Shown: positions 43,336 through 54,216, numbered from the stretch's first letter. The stretch is 64,000 nt of DNA from an uncultured Verrucomicrobiae bacterium (GCA_963706955.1 CAVPOC010000003.1:160001-224000); one strand, 5' to 3'. Notes: generated by a model from the sequence alone, not told the origin. Numbers and translations: made by a program.

Positions 43336-44237
43336 ATGAACACGCCCAACCGAACGAGCGCCGCAGCGATCTCCCGTTAGGCCGGCGAGTTGTGGCGGAT
43401 AGCGCTTCGCTTCAATGGAAAGAGCTTTTCGTGCGGCGTTACCGATTTCCGAATGTGGTGGATCGTTTCCTCGTACCCGCAACCCCCGAGCCGTTAATCT
43501 CCTGCAGCCTCGCAGGCTCGGCCGAGTTCCGGGAGCGGGAGATTGGCGAGGCTTGGCTGAAACGGCAGATTGGCCCCGGCTACATTTTCGTCACCCGCTC
43601 AAAGACGCCCTATGAAGTGTGCCACACTTCGCCTGTGGGAGAGGAACTCGAAATTGTTCAGGTCCACATTGCGGTGGATCGCTTCCTTACGGCTTTGGAA
43701 GCTGCGTTTCCCGGCAAGACGGAAGAAGTGGAAGTGATGGACTACGCTGGGCGCGATGAAGCGCTTGCGCATCTTTGCTTTGCGTGCGCCGAGATGCTCT
43801 CAGCACGGACGCCCGGCAAGAGCAGACGCGTCACAGACCTGGCGCAGCTGTTCGCTTCATATCTCGTCGAAAAATACATCACCGCAGCCGCAGAGAAGCC
43901 CGATTTCCACAGTGGCCTGCCAATTTGGCGACTACGCAAAGTGGAGGACTACGTGCGTGAGCGACTCGCTGAAGAGATTTCAACCGAGACGCTCGCGGAG
44001 CTGGTGGAGCTGAGTCCGTTTCACTTTTCTCGTGTGTTCAAGCAGGCGACGGGAATGTCACCACTGCAATTTGTCACGCGCCAGCGGATCACCCGCGCGC
44101 AGCAACTCATCCGCGAAACCTCGCGCACTCTGATCGAAGTCGCCTTGGAGGTCGGCTATACCAGTCCGAGCCATTTCGCGAAAGTCTTTCGGCGCGTGAC
44201 CGGTGTGACACCGACCGAGTTCCGTAGCACCCTCTAA
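43336..44237 (+). CDS. AraC-family transcriptional activator
   Basis: GLPIWRLRKVEDYV, LSPFHFSRVFKQATGMSP, VALEVGYTSPSHFAKVFRRVTGVTP; probable start MNTPNRTS at 43336 with a frameshift near 43380. Confidence 0.92.
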
Positions 44238-44260
44238 GGGGTTGGCGCGGTCATTTTATC

Positions 44261-44321
44261 GCAAGAACGCGCTAGGGCGAGCAGGATCGGGCGAGAAGGA
44301 AACGGCGCGATGTCGGATACT
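44261..44321 (+). promoter_or_regulatory. Tandem box copy 2 (type A) plus -10 GATACT
   Basis: GCAAGAACGCGCTAGGGCGA-GCAGGATCGGGCGAG, 20 nt, GATACT; immediately after the AraC stop. Confidence 0.8.
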
Positions 44322-44411
44322 GCTGCCGTGCCTGAAACAGCTTCGGCATCGCACTACGAACATCGAACATAGCAAGGGCCGAATCGCTACCAACGTAAAA
44401 GGAGATAAACT

Positions 44412-45047
44412 ATGAAAGGAACTGTTCTCGACGGTCCGCGCGACTTGCGTTTCGAAGAACGCGACGCGCCGACCATCATCGAGACAACCGATGCTAACAT
44501 CAGGCTCTTGGCCACCTGCATGTGCGGTAACGATCTCTGGCCGGACGCGCCAATGGAATCGAGCAAAACTGGGCAGATCAGAAAGGCCAGCGTCGGTTGG
44601 CTTTGCGCCGGCCGGATCGTAACCACTCTGCTCGTCATCGCCTGGTCCGTCCTTTCGGCGGCCCCGACGTGGGCGGCCGACGACACCGAGCAGGTCGTCC
44701 TCACCGCCCACGAGAGACGTCGGGCAGCTACGCTCGCCGGCGATGTCGCCGCGCTCGACTCGATGATGACCGACGATCTCACCTTCATGCACGCGAATGC
44801 GGCGGTGGAGACGAAGGCCGAGTTCCTCGACGCCCTGAAGACCGGCAGGTACAAATACCAGTCGCTCACCGACGAGGAACATCGGGTGCGCGTCCACGGC
44901 GACACCGGGATCGTCTCGGGGACGTGTCGCATCCTTGTGACCGCGTCCGGGAAGGACATCGACATTCGTGTCGGCTTCACCGAACTCTGGGTGAAGGAGC
45001 GCGGAGCCTGGCGGATGGTCCTCTGGCAGGCGACCCAAGTGCCCTAG
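44412..45047 (+). CDS. Chimeric ORF: first ~44 codons of the Zn-ADH fused in frame to a signal-peptide-bearing NTF2/DUF4440 protein
   Basis: MKGTVLDGPRDLRFEERDAPTII...CMCGNDLWP matches 49478 and 59207; then GDVAALDSMMTDDLTFMHANA...FTELWVKERGAWRMVLWQAT. Confidence 0.75.
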   Translation: MKGTVLDGPRDLRFEERDAPTIIETTDANIRLLATCMCGNDLWPDAPMESSKTGQIRKASVGWLCAGRIVTTLLVIAWSVLSAAPTWAADDTEQVVLTAHERRRAATLAGDVAALDSMMTDDLTFMHANAAVETKAEFLDALKTGRYKYQSLTDEEHRVRVHGDTGIVSGTCRILVTASGKDIDIRVGFTELWVKERGAWRMVLWQATQVP

Positions 45048-45102
45048 CCAAACATCAACTTTGCAAACAACCCAAAATTCACTCGAAAAGCACGGCTCGT
45101 CC

Positions 45103-45986
45103 ATGGACCGTCGAAGATCTCTTGTCGCGGGACTAGGGGTAGGCTTTGTGGTAGCCGCAGGTCCCCTTTTGGCAACCGCAAGGTCCATCGCGCAAGCCCT
45201 TTGAATCCTCGGAAGGAACAAACTTCGGCGCCATCTCCTTTGAATACGAACCGGAAAGCTCGTATTTTCATCACCGGCTCCACTGACGGACTTGGACATG
45301 CTGCGGCTAAAACGCTGCTCGCCGATGGATACCAAGTCGTCGTCCATGTTCGCTCCCAAGCTCGCCTCACCGCCGTCCGAGACCTCGTGGATCAGGGAGC
45401 CATTGCGACGATTGGGGATCTTTCAGACTTCGCGCAGACGCTAGATCTCGCCAGCCAAGTGAACAAGATTGGGCAGATGGACGCCGTGATTCATAACGCG
45501 GGTGTTTACTCAGGCTCACAAGTGCTTTCAGTGAACATCATTGCTCCGTATTTACTCACGGCGTTAGTCCGTCGCCCCAAACGGCTGATCTATTTGAGCA
45601 GCAGTATGCACACCGGTGGACGAATAACCCTGAGTGGCATGGACTGGACTGGTCGCACTTCCACTGGTTCTTACTCGGACAGCAAGCTCTTCGTAACGAC
45701 CCTTTCCGCAGCCGTCGCTCGAATTTGGCGTGACGTTCTCAGCAACTCTGTTGATCCGGGTTGGGTGCCTACCAAAATGGGGGGACCTCATGCGCCAGAT
45801 GACCTACAGCAGGGACATCTTACTCAAGAGTGGCTTGCTACTAGCAATGATCCTGAAGCGCTTACTAGTGGAGGATATTGGCATCATCAACGACGCGTTA
45901 AGCCGCATCCCGCCGTCCACGACACAAAGTTCCAAGCTCAGTTGCTCGACGAACTCGCTCGTGCAGCAGGTACTGCGCTGACGTGA
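45103..45986 (+). CDS. SDR oxidoreductase with twin-arginine-like leader (frameshift near 45198); paralog of 61600-62484
   Basis: MDRRRSLVAG leader; FITGSTDGLG, HNAG, YSDSKL, VDPGWVPTKMGG. Confidence 0.85.
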
Positions 45987-46212
45987 TTGATCAGCCTGAA
46001 GTCATATTTGACCAGTGGCAGCAAATCTCGGGAATGCGCAGCCTGAGCGCTTGGGTTCGGGTGGAGTTTTATAAAAGTGGCCGCCTCCCGATTATCTCGG
46101 CTCAGGCGGACACTTTCGTCGGGCGAATTTTGCAACGGGTAGTCATATACGGCCAGGCGAAGCCCGCGCGCTCTTTTGTCATGGCTATACGTCTTTGCTC
46201 TCTTTCTTCCTA

Positions 46213-46400
46213 ATGGGAGCGCTGTTAAAGGCGAAAACTTTCATCGATACTGTCGTGTATCGCAGCGCGATCAGCGGTGAGAGTTGGGCTTATGTCGGCT
46301 TGGTCGCGCTGGGCTTTAGCCTGACTGGAGTTGTTATCGTAACAATGCCTGTTTCAACGCTTGGTTGGCTCGGTCTTGGCTGGGACGACGACAACCCGGG
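46213..46400 (+). pseudogene. 3' fragment of an NTT/Npt-like (AAA family) MFS transporter; second copy at 57660-57800
   Basis: KAKTFIDTVVYR...WAYVGLVALGFSLTGV resembles the family C-terminus; 46286-46488 is similar to 57681-57886. Confidence 0.6.
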
Positions 46401-46742
46401 TGTGACGAAAACACATTCCTCGGTAACCTTCCAAGAGATTCAACCGTCTTTCTCCCGCATACAAGGAACAGAACATAACCATTGCTGGAACCCCGCACAT
46501 AGTTGCCGGACTCCCTTCAGCGCATCCCCGCGCGAGCAGCGGACTGGGAGAAGCCACCGTGCAGCATCTCTGCGCAGGTGGCGCAAACTTGTGTTCAGCG
46601 TCAATCGCCTTCACTCATTAGCTGCGAAATAGAGCGCTAGCGGCGGCAACGCGCTCGGCCCGGATGTTAGGTCTAGCTCAACTCTCTTGTTTTTTTTGCC
46701 ATGCAAAGCTGACCTAGGCGTCCATTGAAGTAAGATATCAAC

Positions 46743-47309
46743 GTGAAGCGCAGGCCAACATTCCGAAAGAAAGATTATCCGGTATCAAAGATTCGCCGCT
46801 ATTTGGAAGCGGGTCCCGTGGTGCTGGTGAGCTCGGCATGGAAGGGAAACATGAATATCATGACGATGGGCTGGCACATGGTCTTGGACTTCTCTCCATC
46901 GCTCGTAGCCTGCTGCATCTCGAGTGCCAACTGCAGCTTCGAGATGATCCGCCGCAGCCGGGAATGTGTGATCAATGTACCAACTAGCGCTCTGGTGGAT
47001 GAGGTGATCGGGATAGGCGATTGCTCGGGCGCGCGGGTGAATAAGTTCAAAGCATTCAGCCTAACGCCCGCTCCTGCCGCAAAGGTCCGTGCGCCGTTAA
47101 TCAATGAGTGCTATGCCAATTTTGAATGCCGTCTGGCCGACAGCAGCCTCATTTCAAAATACGGCCTGTTCATCTGGGAGATAGTCAAAGCCCATGTCGC
47201 CATCTCTCCGAAATATCCAAGAACCGTGCACTACCGCGGCGAGGGCGTCTTCATGATCTCCGGCCCGTCGATTAACCTCCGTAAGAAATTCAAAGCGGAG
47301 GATCTTTGA
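46743..47309 (+). CDS. Flavin reductase family protein (DIM6/NTAB)
   Basis: GPVVLVSS, NIMTMGWHM, ECVINVPT, APLINECYANFEC, VHYRGEG. Confidence 0.9.
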   Translation: MKRRPTFRKKDYPVSKIRRYLEAGPVVLVSSAWKGNMNIMTMGWHMVLDFSPSLVACCISSANCSFEMIRRSRECVINVPTSALVDEVIGIGDCSGARVNKFKAFSLTPAPAAKVRAPLINECYANFECRLADSSLISKYGLFIWEIVKAHVAISPKYPRTVHYRGEGVFMISGPSINLRKKFKAEDL

Positions 47310-47382
47310 AAACGATTTGCTCAAGCACTAGAAAGAACGGCCCGCACGAGGCTCGACGCCTGTTAGGAGAGCACACCTTTGC

Positions 47383-47440
47383 GCAAGAATATGACAGGCA
47401 CCGCAAAATTTAGAGCAGCGCTTGGTTGATGGTCGATGGT
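47383..47440 (+). promoter_or_regulatory. Tandem box copy 3 (type B, degenerate)
   Basis: GCAAGAATATGACAGGCACC-GCAAAATTTAGAG...GATGGT, upstream of the aldo/keto reductase. Confidence 0.65.
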
Positions 47441-47673
47441 CTAACCGAGCTCAATGGTTCAAGTGGCAAAAGAACGACTAGCTAATCAGTTGCTATTGCC
47501 ACATACCTTTAGCTTAAAGACCAGAGTTCAAAGTGAAGAAACGAAAACTTGGAGACGATGACCTGGACGTTCCGACATCCGGTGTGTGCCGCCGAAGATG
47601 GTCGTGCCGTCGCTTCGCAACGTCGTGAGCGAGCGACGTCCATGGGCGAAAGGATCACGCATATGCTCCCGGC

Positions 47674-48666
47674 ATGAGCGCTGAGATGACGTACGGGCAC
47701 TTGGGTCGCTCGGGTCTGCTGGTCAGCCGGATTGGCCTCGGGACCATGAACTTCGGTTTCACGATAGACGAATCGACCAGTTTTGCGGTCATGGACACCG
47801 CCACTGACGCGGGCATCAACTTCTTCGACACCGCCGACGTCTATGGCGGCTTGCAGTCGCCGGATATGGAAAAGGGATACGGCATCTCGGAAGAGACCAT
47901 CGGCCGGTGGCTGCGGCGCAGCGCGCACCGCGACGACATCGTCCTGGCCACGAAGGTATACCAGCCGATGGGACTTGGCCCGAACGACCGTCGCCTGTCG
48001 GCCTATCACATCAGGCGCGCGTGTGAAGCGAGCCTGCGGCGGCTGCAGACGGATCACATTGATCTGTATCAGATGCACCACGTGGACCGGGCCACACCGT
48101 GGGAGGAGATCTGGCAGGCGATGGAGCAGCTGGTTCGCGAGGGCAAGATCAGTTACGTCGGCAGCAGCAACTTCGCCGGCTGGGACGTGGCCCTCGCCCA
48201 GTCCGCCGCCTCGGCGCGCCACTTCACGGGCCTGACCTCCGAGCAGAGTCTCTATAACCTTGCCGTGCGAGCCGTGGAGCTGGAGCTAATCCCCGCGTTG
48301 CGCACCCTCGGCATCGGGCTGATCCCGTACAGCCCGCTCCACGCGGGCCTGCTTGCCGGCGTGCTCGCAGTCAGCGAAGGGCGCAACTCGAACGATTTGA
48401 TGCAGCATCGCATCGAAGCACACCGTGACCAGCTTGAAGCGTATGAAGGTCTGTGCCGGGAGTTGGGTGTGAAGCCGGCGGACGTGGCGCTGGCCTGGCT
48501 GCTGCGAAACCCTGTCGTCTCCACCACGATTGTCGGAGCGATGACGAGCGAGGAGCTGCGCTCGGACCTCGGCGCGCTGTCGGTGCAGTTGGACCACGAG
48601 GTCATGGAACAACTCGACCGGATCTGGCCGGGGCCGGGGGAAGCCCCGCAGGCGTACGCGTGGTGA
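47674..48666 (+). CDS. Aldo/keto reductase
   Basis: LGRSGLLVSRIGLGTM, FFDTADVY, LATKV, SLRRLQTDHIDLYQMH, YSPL. Confidence 0.95.
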   Translation: MSAEMTYGHLGRSGLLVSRIGLGTMNFGFTIDESTSFAVMDTATDAGINFFDTADVYGGLQSPDMEKGYGISEETIGRWLRRSAHRDDIVLATKVYQPMGLGPNDRRLSAYHIRRACEASLRRLQTDHIDLYQMHHVDRATPWEEIWQAMEQLVREGKISYVGSSNFAGWDVALAQSAASARHFTGLTSEQSLYNLAVRAVELELIPALRTLGIGLIPYSPLHAGLLAGVLAVSEGRNSNDLMQHRIEAHRDQLEAYEGLCRELGVKPADVALAWLLRNPVVSTTIVGAMTSEELRSDLGALSVQLDHEVMEQLDRIWPGPGEAPQAYAW

Positions 48667-49005
48667 GGTCGTCTTGGCGGCCGTCGTCTACCGCGCAAGT
48701 CTCCGCTCCACCCCCGCCGTCACGCTGCTGTGGAAGAGGTGGAAGCTGCCGCTCGCGACCGGGACCAGTTCGAGGTGTCACCAAAGCTGCGCCCAAACAA
48801 GCCATAGCCCTCGAGCCGCACCGACTTCTTGCTGGCGAGATAATGACGGACGACCGGTTCCGAGTCGCCGCTATGCATCTCCCAGGCCAAATCGATTAGC
48901 TTAGCTTCATCGACTATTCGCAAGCGGACGTCCCGCCTTGCGACGACAAAACGTCTGCTCATCCACAGCCTCTGAAGAGGCCTGCCGTGGCGCGATTTTT
49001 TTCCC

Positions 49006-49066
49006 GCAAGAATGCGCTAGGCTGAGCAGGATTGGGCGAGAAGGAAAGCCGACAATGTCGAATATT
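49006..49066 (+). promoter_or_regulatory. Tandem box copy 4 (type A) plus -10 AATATT
   Basis: GCAAGAATGCGCTAGGCTGA-GCAGGATTGGGCGAG, 20 nt, AATATT. Confidence 0.8.
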
Positions 49067-49146
49067 GCTGCCGTGCCTGGAACTGCCTCAGGCGCAGCAA
49101 AAGGACATCGAAAACATGCAAAAGCGTAAACTTTGGAAAGAACAAT

Positions 49147-49440
49147 TTGGAAGTCCGGCCCGTCGGGAATGGCCGCAAGGAGCGAACTCTGGGCAAGCCC
49201 AGTGATGCCGAATCGCGGCAGATTCGCTGCGGGGCTTGCCGTGGCATCTCGCCCCTTGTTGATAGCCTCCTGCCTATCGCATTGGGTATGACACGCAAGG
49301 AGCAGAACCAGGAGACGGCGCTGATTCCGAACGTCGGAGTGGTTTTCACAGTTGGCGGGCCGCTGGTTTACGAAGAGGGTGGACAATCCGTCTCCATGAG
49401 CGAGGGAGCTTTGGCCACGCTCGTTGTCGATAGGGATTAG
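49147..49440 (+). CDS. Small ORF of the VFTVGGPLVY family
   Basis: Contains NVGVVFTVGGPLVYEE; start uncertain. Confidence 0.4.
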   Translation: MEVRPVGNGRKERTLGKPSDAESRQIRCGACRGISPLVDSLLPIALGMTRKEQNQETALIPNVGVVFTVGGPLVYEEGGQSVSMSEGALATLVVDRD

Positions 49441-49477
49441 GCGGCAGAATAAGCGCCAAAACTGAAGGAGATTAGCT

Positions 49478-50513
49478 TTGAAAGGAACTGTTCTTTACGG
49501 TCCGCGCGACGTGCGTTTCGAGGAGCGCGACGCGCCGACAATCATCGACCCAACCGATGCTATCGTCAGGATCTCGGCCACCTGCGTCTGCGGGTCCGAC
49601 CTGTGGCCCTATCGTGGCGTCAGTCGGTTCCCGGAGCCGAGCCCGATGGGGCACGAATACTGCGGCATCGTCGAGGAGGTCGGCAGTGCGGTCACCTCGG
49701 TCAAGCCCGGACAGTTCGTCATCGGATCCTTCGCGACTTCCGACAACACCTGTCCGCACTGCCGGGCCGGCTACCAGTCATCCTGCATCCACCGCGAGTT
49801 CATTACCCGGGCGCAGGCGCCAGTGCTGCGCGTGCCACTGGCTGACGGGACGCTCGTGCCGACCCCCGGTATGCCGTCGGAGGACCTGATCCCGAGCCTG
49901 CTGACGATCTCCGATGTGTTTGGCACCGGCTGGTTCGCCGCCGATGCGGCCAACGTGAAGCCCGGCATGACGGTCGCAGTCGTCGGTGACGGCGCGGTCG
50001 GTCTGCTTGCTGTGCTATCCGCCAAGCAGATGGGTGCCAAGCGGATCATCGCGATGAGCCGCCACGAGGCGCGCCAGAAGCTGGCCCGCGAGTTCGGCGC
50101 GACTGACATCGTGACCGAGCGCGGCGAGGACGGCGCTGCGCGCATCAAGGAGCTGACCGACGGAATCGGCGCTGACGCGGTGCTCGAGTGCGTCGGCACG
50201 CAAGAGTCGATGATGCAGGCGATCCATGCTACCCGCCCGGGCGGGACCGTGGGCTACGTCGGCGTCCCGTACGAAGTAAAGCTCGACTTCATTTCCTCTG
50301 GCGGAGGCGGGGGATTGTTCTTCAGCCATGTCCGTCTCCATGGCGGGCCCGGCGCCAGTGCGCCGTTTCCTGCCCGAGCTGATCGACCTGGTGTGGAAAA
50401 GGAAGATCAACCCCGGCAAAGTCTTCGACCTGACCTTGCCTCTCGAGGAGGTGGCCGAGGGCTACCGGGCAATGGACGAGCGCCGCGCCATCAAGGCGCT
50501 GCTGCGTCCGTAA
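49478..50513 (+). CDS. Zinc-dependent alcohol dehydrogenase family protein, frameshift near 50350
   Basis: CVCGSDL, GHEYCG, CPHC..C, GDGAVG; near-identical to 59207-60223. Confidence 0.9.
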
Positions 50514-50527
50514 TTCAAGGAGGTGCT

Positions 50528-51834
50528 ATGTGCGAGCAATCCGAGTTGATGCAAATGAGCTATCGAGATCCAAACTCCAAAGATGAGAGCAGCCCGTCCG
50601 GGCTGAATAGGGAGCCGGGAAGCAACGACAAAGATGCGACTGAACGATTAGACCGGTAGGTCACTCACGACGTGACTTCATTGTTTCCGCAGCGACTGTT
50701 GTAGCGAGTGTCGGTGCTGCAAACCTCCTGGGCTTACAACCTGCAGAGGGAGCGAACGCCAAGAATTCAGATGCGATTGGAAATGGCCCGTATCCCACTG
50801 AAGGTATGGCGGCCTATTCTCCGACTGGTCCCCACAAGCTCATGAATTTCCAGCGTCGCGCTCTTGGTCCTAAAGACGTAGCTATCAGGATCCATTATTG
50901 CGGAGTCTGTCACTCTGACATCCACACGATTCGTGGAGATTGGGGAAAGATTCAATACCCGCAAATTGTGGGTCACGAGTTAGCTGGCGAAGTTGTCGCT
51001 GTCGGATCAAGTGTTAGCAAGTTCACCGTCGGTGCCCGCGTTGGTGTCGGGACGATGGTGAATTCCTGCCGAATCTGCACCGAGTGCCAGACAGGCCATG
51101 AGAATTATTGTCTGAACGGAAACACCCAAACTTACGGTTCGAAAGATAAAGACGGCACGATTACCCAGGGCGGATATTCAACCTTCGTCGTTGTAGACGA
51201 AGATTTTGTAATCAATATTCCTGACGCCATTGATCTCGCCGAAGCAGGCCCGCTGTTGTGCGCAGCCATTACCGTTTACTCACCGCTCCGCAGATGGGGC
51301 GTGTCTCCTGGTAAAAAGGTTGCACTTGTTGGCATGGGTGGTCTCGGGCACTTAGCGGTCAAACTAGCTACCGCACTAGGTGCAGATGTTACTGTCTTCA
51401 CAACTTCCCCGGACAAAATTGAAGATGCCAAACGCTTTGGCGCAAGAGAAGTTGTCATCAACGAAGACGGAGCTGACTTCTCTAAGCTTAGGCATGCCTT
51501 CGATTTTGCTCTGGATACGATTCCTTATAAGCATGATCTCAATCCGTTCATCCCACTTTTAAAGCGTGATGCCACATACTGCAGAGTCGGTGTCGGTAAG
51601 ACTGTCGACTCAAATGAAATCGGACAGATGAATCTCGTCCTGTATAGAAACGCCCTCGCCGGATCGAACACCGGAGGCATTCAGGAAACGCAGGATATGG
51701 TTGATTTCTGCGCCCTCAGTAAGATTAAGCCTGAGATTACGAAAGTCTCGATGAACGGAATCGATGACGCCTGGAAAAAGGTTTTCGACAAGCAAGCCCG
51801 GTATCGATTCGTCATCGATCTGGGAGGTCGATAA
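50528..51834 (+). CDS. NADP-dependent cinnamyl-alcohol-dehydrogenase-type (YahK/AdhC-like) Zn-ADH with a twin-arginine leader
   Basis: CGVCHSD, GHE, C..C..C...C, PLLCAAIT, GMGGLG; the frame upstream of 50806 reads SRRDFIVSAATVVASVGAANLLG; GGAGG-preceded MCEQ start at 50528 needs a frameshift near 50655. Confidence 0.85.
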
Positions 51835-52059
51835 TCGAATACACTTTCTCAGGACGAAGCCGGCTCGCAAATCATCTCGAATACCCGTGAGTTCTTTGAT
51901 ACCACCGCAGGCGAACGCGGCCCGGCACCCGAGATCTAATACTTCCTACTCCTTCACAAGCCTCGCGCCGATAATGAACTACTTCTCGTTCCCGCAGATC
52001 GAAACAATCTCGCCGCGCCGATCTTGATGATCGTGAATGAGCGTGCCGTGTCGGCATAC

Positions 52060-52270
52060 TTCAGCGAGGAGGCCTACAGCAAGGCGGCCGAGATGTTGGG
52101 AGGCGCAATGTTTGCTGGTGAAGCGGGCAATCATTCGCGCGCTGATGCGTGCCAGCAAACTGGTATGACTGCCGGGCGATCGTCCACAGGAGGTATCTAA
52201 TGCCGCTAAACATCGGTAAAGAGATGAGCCGCGTCGATGGCGTGGCCGAAGGTGACCGGCAGATCCGGAG
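52060..52270 (+). pseudogene. Remnant of a xanthine-dehydrogenase-family FAD-subunit/Moco-subunit gene junction
   Basis: LLVKRAIIRALMRASKLV* then AGGAGG and MPLNIGKEMSRVDGVA(K)VTGR. Confidence 0.55.
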
Positions 52271-52333
52271 ACAGGCCAACTCGCCCATGTTGACCTGGCA
52301 CTGCGGCACAAGAATTGGGTCGCCATTTTTTTC

Positions 52334-52392
52334 GCAAGAACGCGCTAGGCTGAGCAGGATCGGGCGAGGAGATGTACGCAATGTCGTATATT
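52334..52392 (+). promoter_or_regulatory. Tandem box copy 5 (type A) plus -10 TATATT
   Basis: GCAAGAACGCGCTAGGCTGA-GCAGGATCGGGCGAG, 18 nt, TATATT. Confidence 0.8.
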
Positions 52393-52442
52393 AACTGCAT
52401 GTCTGAAACTAATTCTGCATTGCACAACGACATAAGAAAATC

Positions 52443-53210
52443 GTGAACCCGACCTACGACTTCACTGGCCAGGTAGCACTCGTGACCGGTGGGAGCTCCG
52501 GCATGGGCTTTGCGACCGCGCGCGCGTTTGCCGAGGCAGGGGCCACGGTGGTAATCGCAGACATCGACGAGTCCACGCTTGGTACGGCCACAGAGGAGTT
52601 GACAGCCGCCGGCCACCAGGTGCTTGGTGTTCGTTGTGACGTGTCCGACGAGGACAGCGTGGCGGCCATGATCGCCGTGACCGTCAATACGTTCGGCCGG
52701 CTCGATATGGCGTTCAACAATGCCGGGATTATGGTTCCACCCAGCGGTGCCACCGGCGAGCCGGCGGAGGTCTTCGACCGAGTCACGGCGATCAACCTGC
52801 GCGGGGTGTGGGCGTGCATGAAACATGAGTTGGGCCAGATGCGCGCCCAGGGCAGCGGCGCCATCGTCAACTGCTCGTCCATCGCTGGGCTGCGCGGCGG
52901 CCCCGGCCGGCCTTCTTACACCGCGTCGAAACACGGCGTAATTGGGCTGACCACCAGCGCCGCCACCGAGTACGCGCCACTCGGAATCCGCATCAACGCT
53001 GTCTGTCCCGGCACCATCGAGACCCCGATGGTCGCCGGCATGGTGGCCAAGGGTGAGCTCGACCGGGCCCAAGCGGCTGCCGGGGCTCCGATCGGCCGCC
53101 TCGGCCATGGCGAGGAGATCGCCGCATCGGTCCTGTGGCTGTGCAGCCCCGGCGCCAGCTTCGTCGTCGGTGTCGCCCTCCCCGTCGACGGCGGCTTAGC
53201 CGCCCAATGA
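52443..53210 (+). CDS. SDR-family oxidoreductase
   Basis: TGGSSGMG, FNNAG, YTASKHG, PVDGG. Confidence 0.93.
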   Translation: MNPTYDFTGQVALVTGGSSGMGFATARAFAEAGATVVIADIDESTLGTATEELTAAGHQVLGVRCDVSDEDSVAAMIAVTVNTFGRLDMAFNNAGIMVPPSGATGEPAEVFDRVTAINLRGVWACMKHELGQMRAQGSGAIVNCSSIAGLRGGPGRPSYTASKHGVIGLTTSAATEYAPLGIRINAVCPGTIETPMVAGMVAKGELDRAQAAAGAPIGRLGHGEEIAASVLWLCSPGASFVVGVALPVDGGLAAQ

Positions 53211-53463
53211 CCGAAATTTCAAGGTGTGAACATCGAGAGGACAACGCGTGGACGCTCATCATCGTCGCCTCCGGTGGTGCGATCGGGCCCCTTGAAAAGA
53301 CTGGTGAATACCTCGAGGTCGAAGTTCCGTAGTTTGCGGTGGAATTCGACCGCTTAGGGCAAAATCCCGAGGGGTAGGGCGAACGCCGGCGCCGATCTGG
53401 CATTCTGGATGAAGATTATCCCCGTTCGAAACTCTTACAAGCAAGCAGAAGGGAACATGCCTG

Positions 53464-54216
53464 ATGTGTGATCAACTCTACAAACCAAATCAAAATTCGC
53501 TCGAAAAGCCCGGCTCGTCCATGGACGGTCGAAGATTTCTTGTAGCAGGAATAGGAGTAGGCTTTGGGGTAGTCGCGGGGTCCCTTGTGGCAACCGCAAC
53601 GTCCATCGCGCAGGCCCCGTTTAATCCTCGAAAGGAACAAACTTCGGCGCCTGCGCATCATTCAGCAAAACGTCGGTCTCGCCTTTGCGGAGTCGTCGCA
53701 GTGAGTGCACCAGCAGGCGGCCTGTCTCAGGTTGTCATTCGCCCGGCCGAGCCTGAGGACCTGCCAGTCCTCGGACGGCTCGGCGCGCTCCTTGTCCAGT
53801 TGCACCACGAGTTCGACCCGGCGCGCTTCGTGGCCGCCCCGCCGCGAACGGAGCACCTATACGCCGCCTTTCTCGCGGACCAGCTCGGGAAGCCCAACGG
53901 CGTCGTCCTCGTCGCCGAAATGGGCGGCGAAGTGCTCGGCTACACTTACGCCACCGTCGAGGATAGCGACTACATGGCGCTGCGCGGCCCGGCGGGATTA
54001 TTCCACGACCTCGTTGTTGATCCGGCACATCGAGGGAACGGTATCGGACAGGTGCTGCTCGACGCCACGCTGGCTGCGCTCAAAGCTCGCGGTGCGCCAC
54101 GGGTCGTGCTCTCGACCGCGGAGCGGAACGCCGGCGCCCAGCGCCTCTTCGCACGCGCGGGGTTTCGGCGCACGATGATCGAAATGACGCATGAGTGGAA
54201 CGATGTCGCCTCCTGA
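53464..54216 (+). CDS. GNAT N-acetyltransferase, in frame with a copy of the twin-arginine-like leader module
   Basis: VIRPAEPEDL, VVDPAHRGNGIGQVLL, NAGAQRLFARAGF; the GNAT itself may start at GTG 53701. Confidence 0.85.
   Translation: MCDQLYKPNQNSLEKPGSSMDGRRFLVAGIGVGFGVVAGSLVATATSIAQAPFNPRKEQTSAPAHHSAKRRSRLCGVVAVSAPAGGLSQVVIRPAEPEDLPVLGRLGALLVQLHHEFDPARFVAAPPRTEHLYAAFLADQLGKPNGVVLVAEMGGEVLGYTYATVEDSDYMALRGPAGLFHDLVVDPAHRGNGIGQVLLDATLAALKARGAPRVVLSTAERNAGAQRLFARAGFRRTMIEMTHEWNDVAS

Noticed and set aside
48720..48962. 80-aa minus-strand ORF (LRIVDEAKLIDLAWEMH...)
   Set aside because: Protein-like but unassignable, and it lacks independent support.
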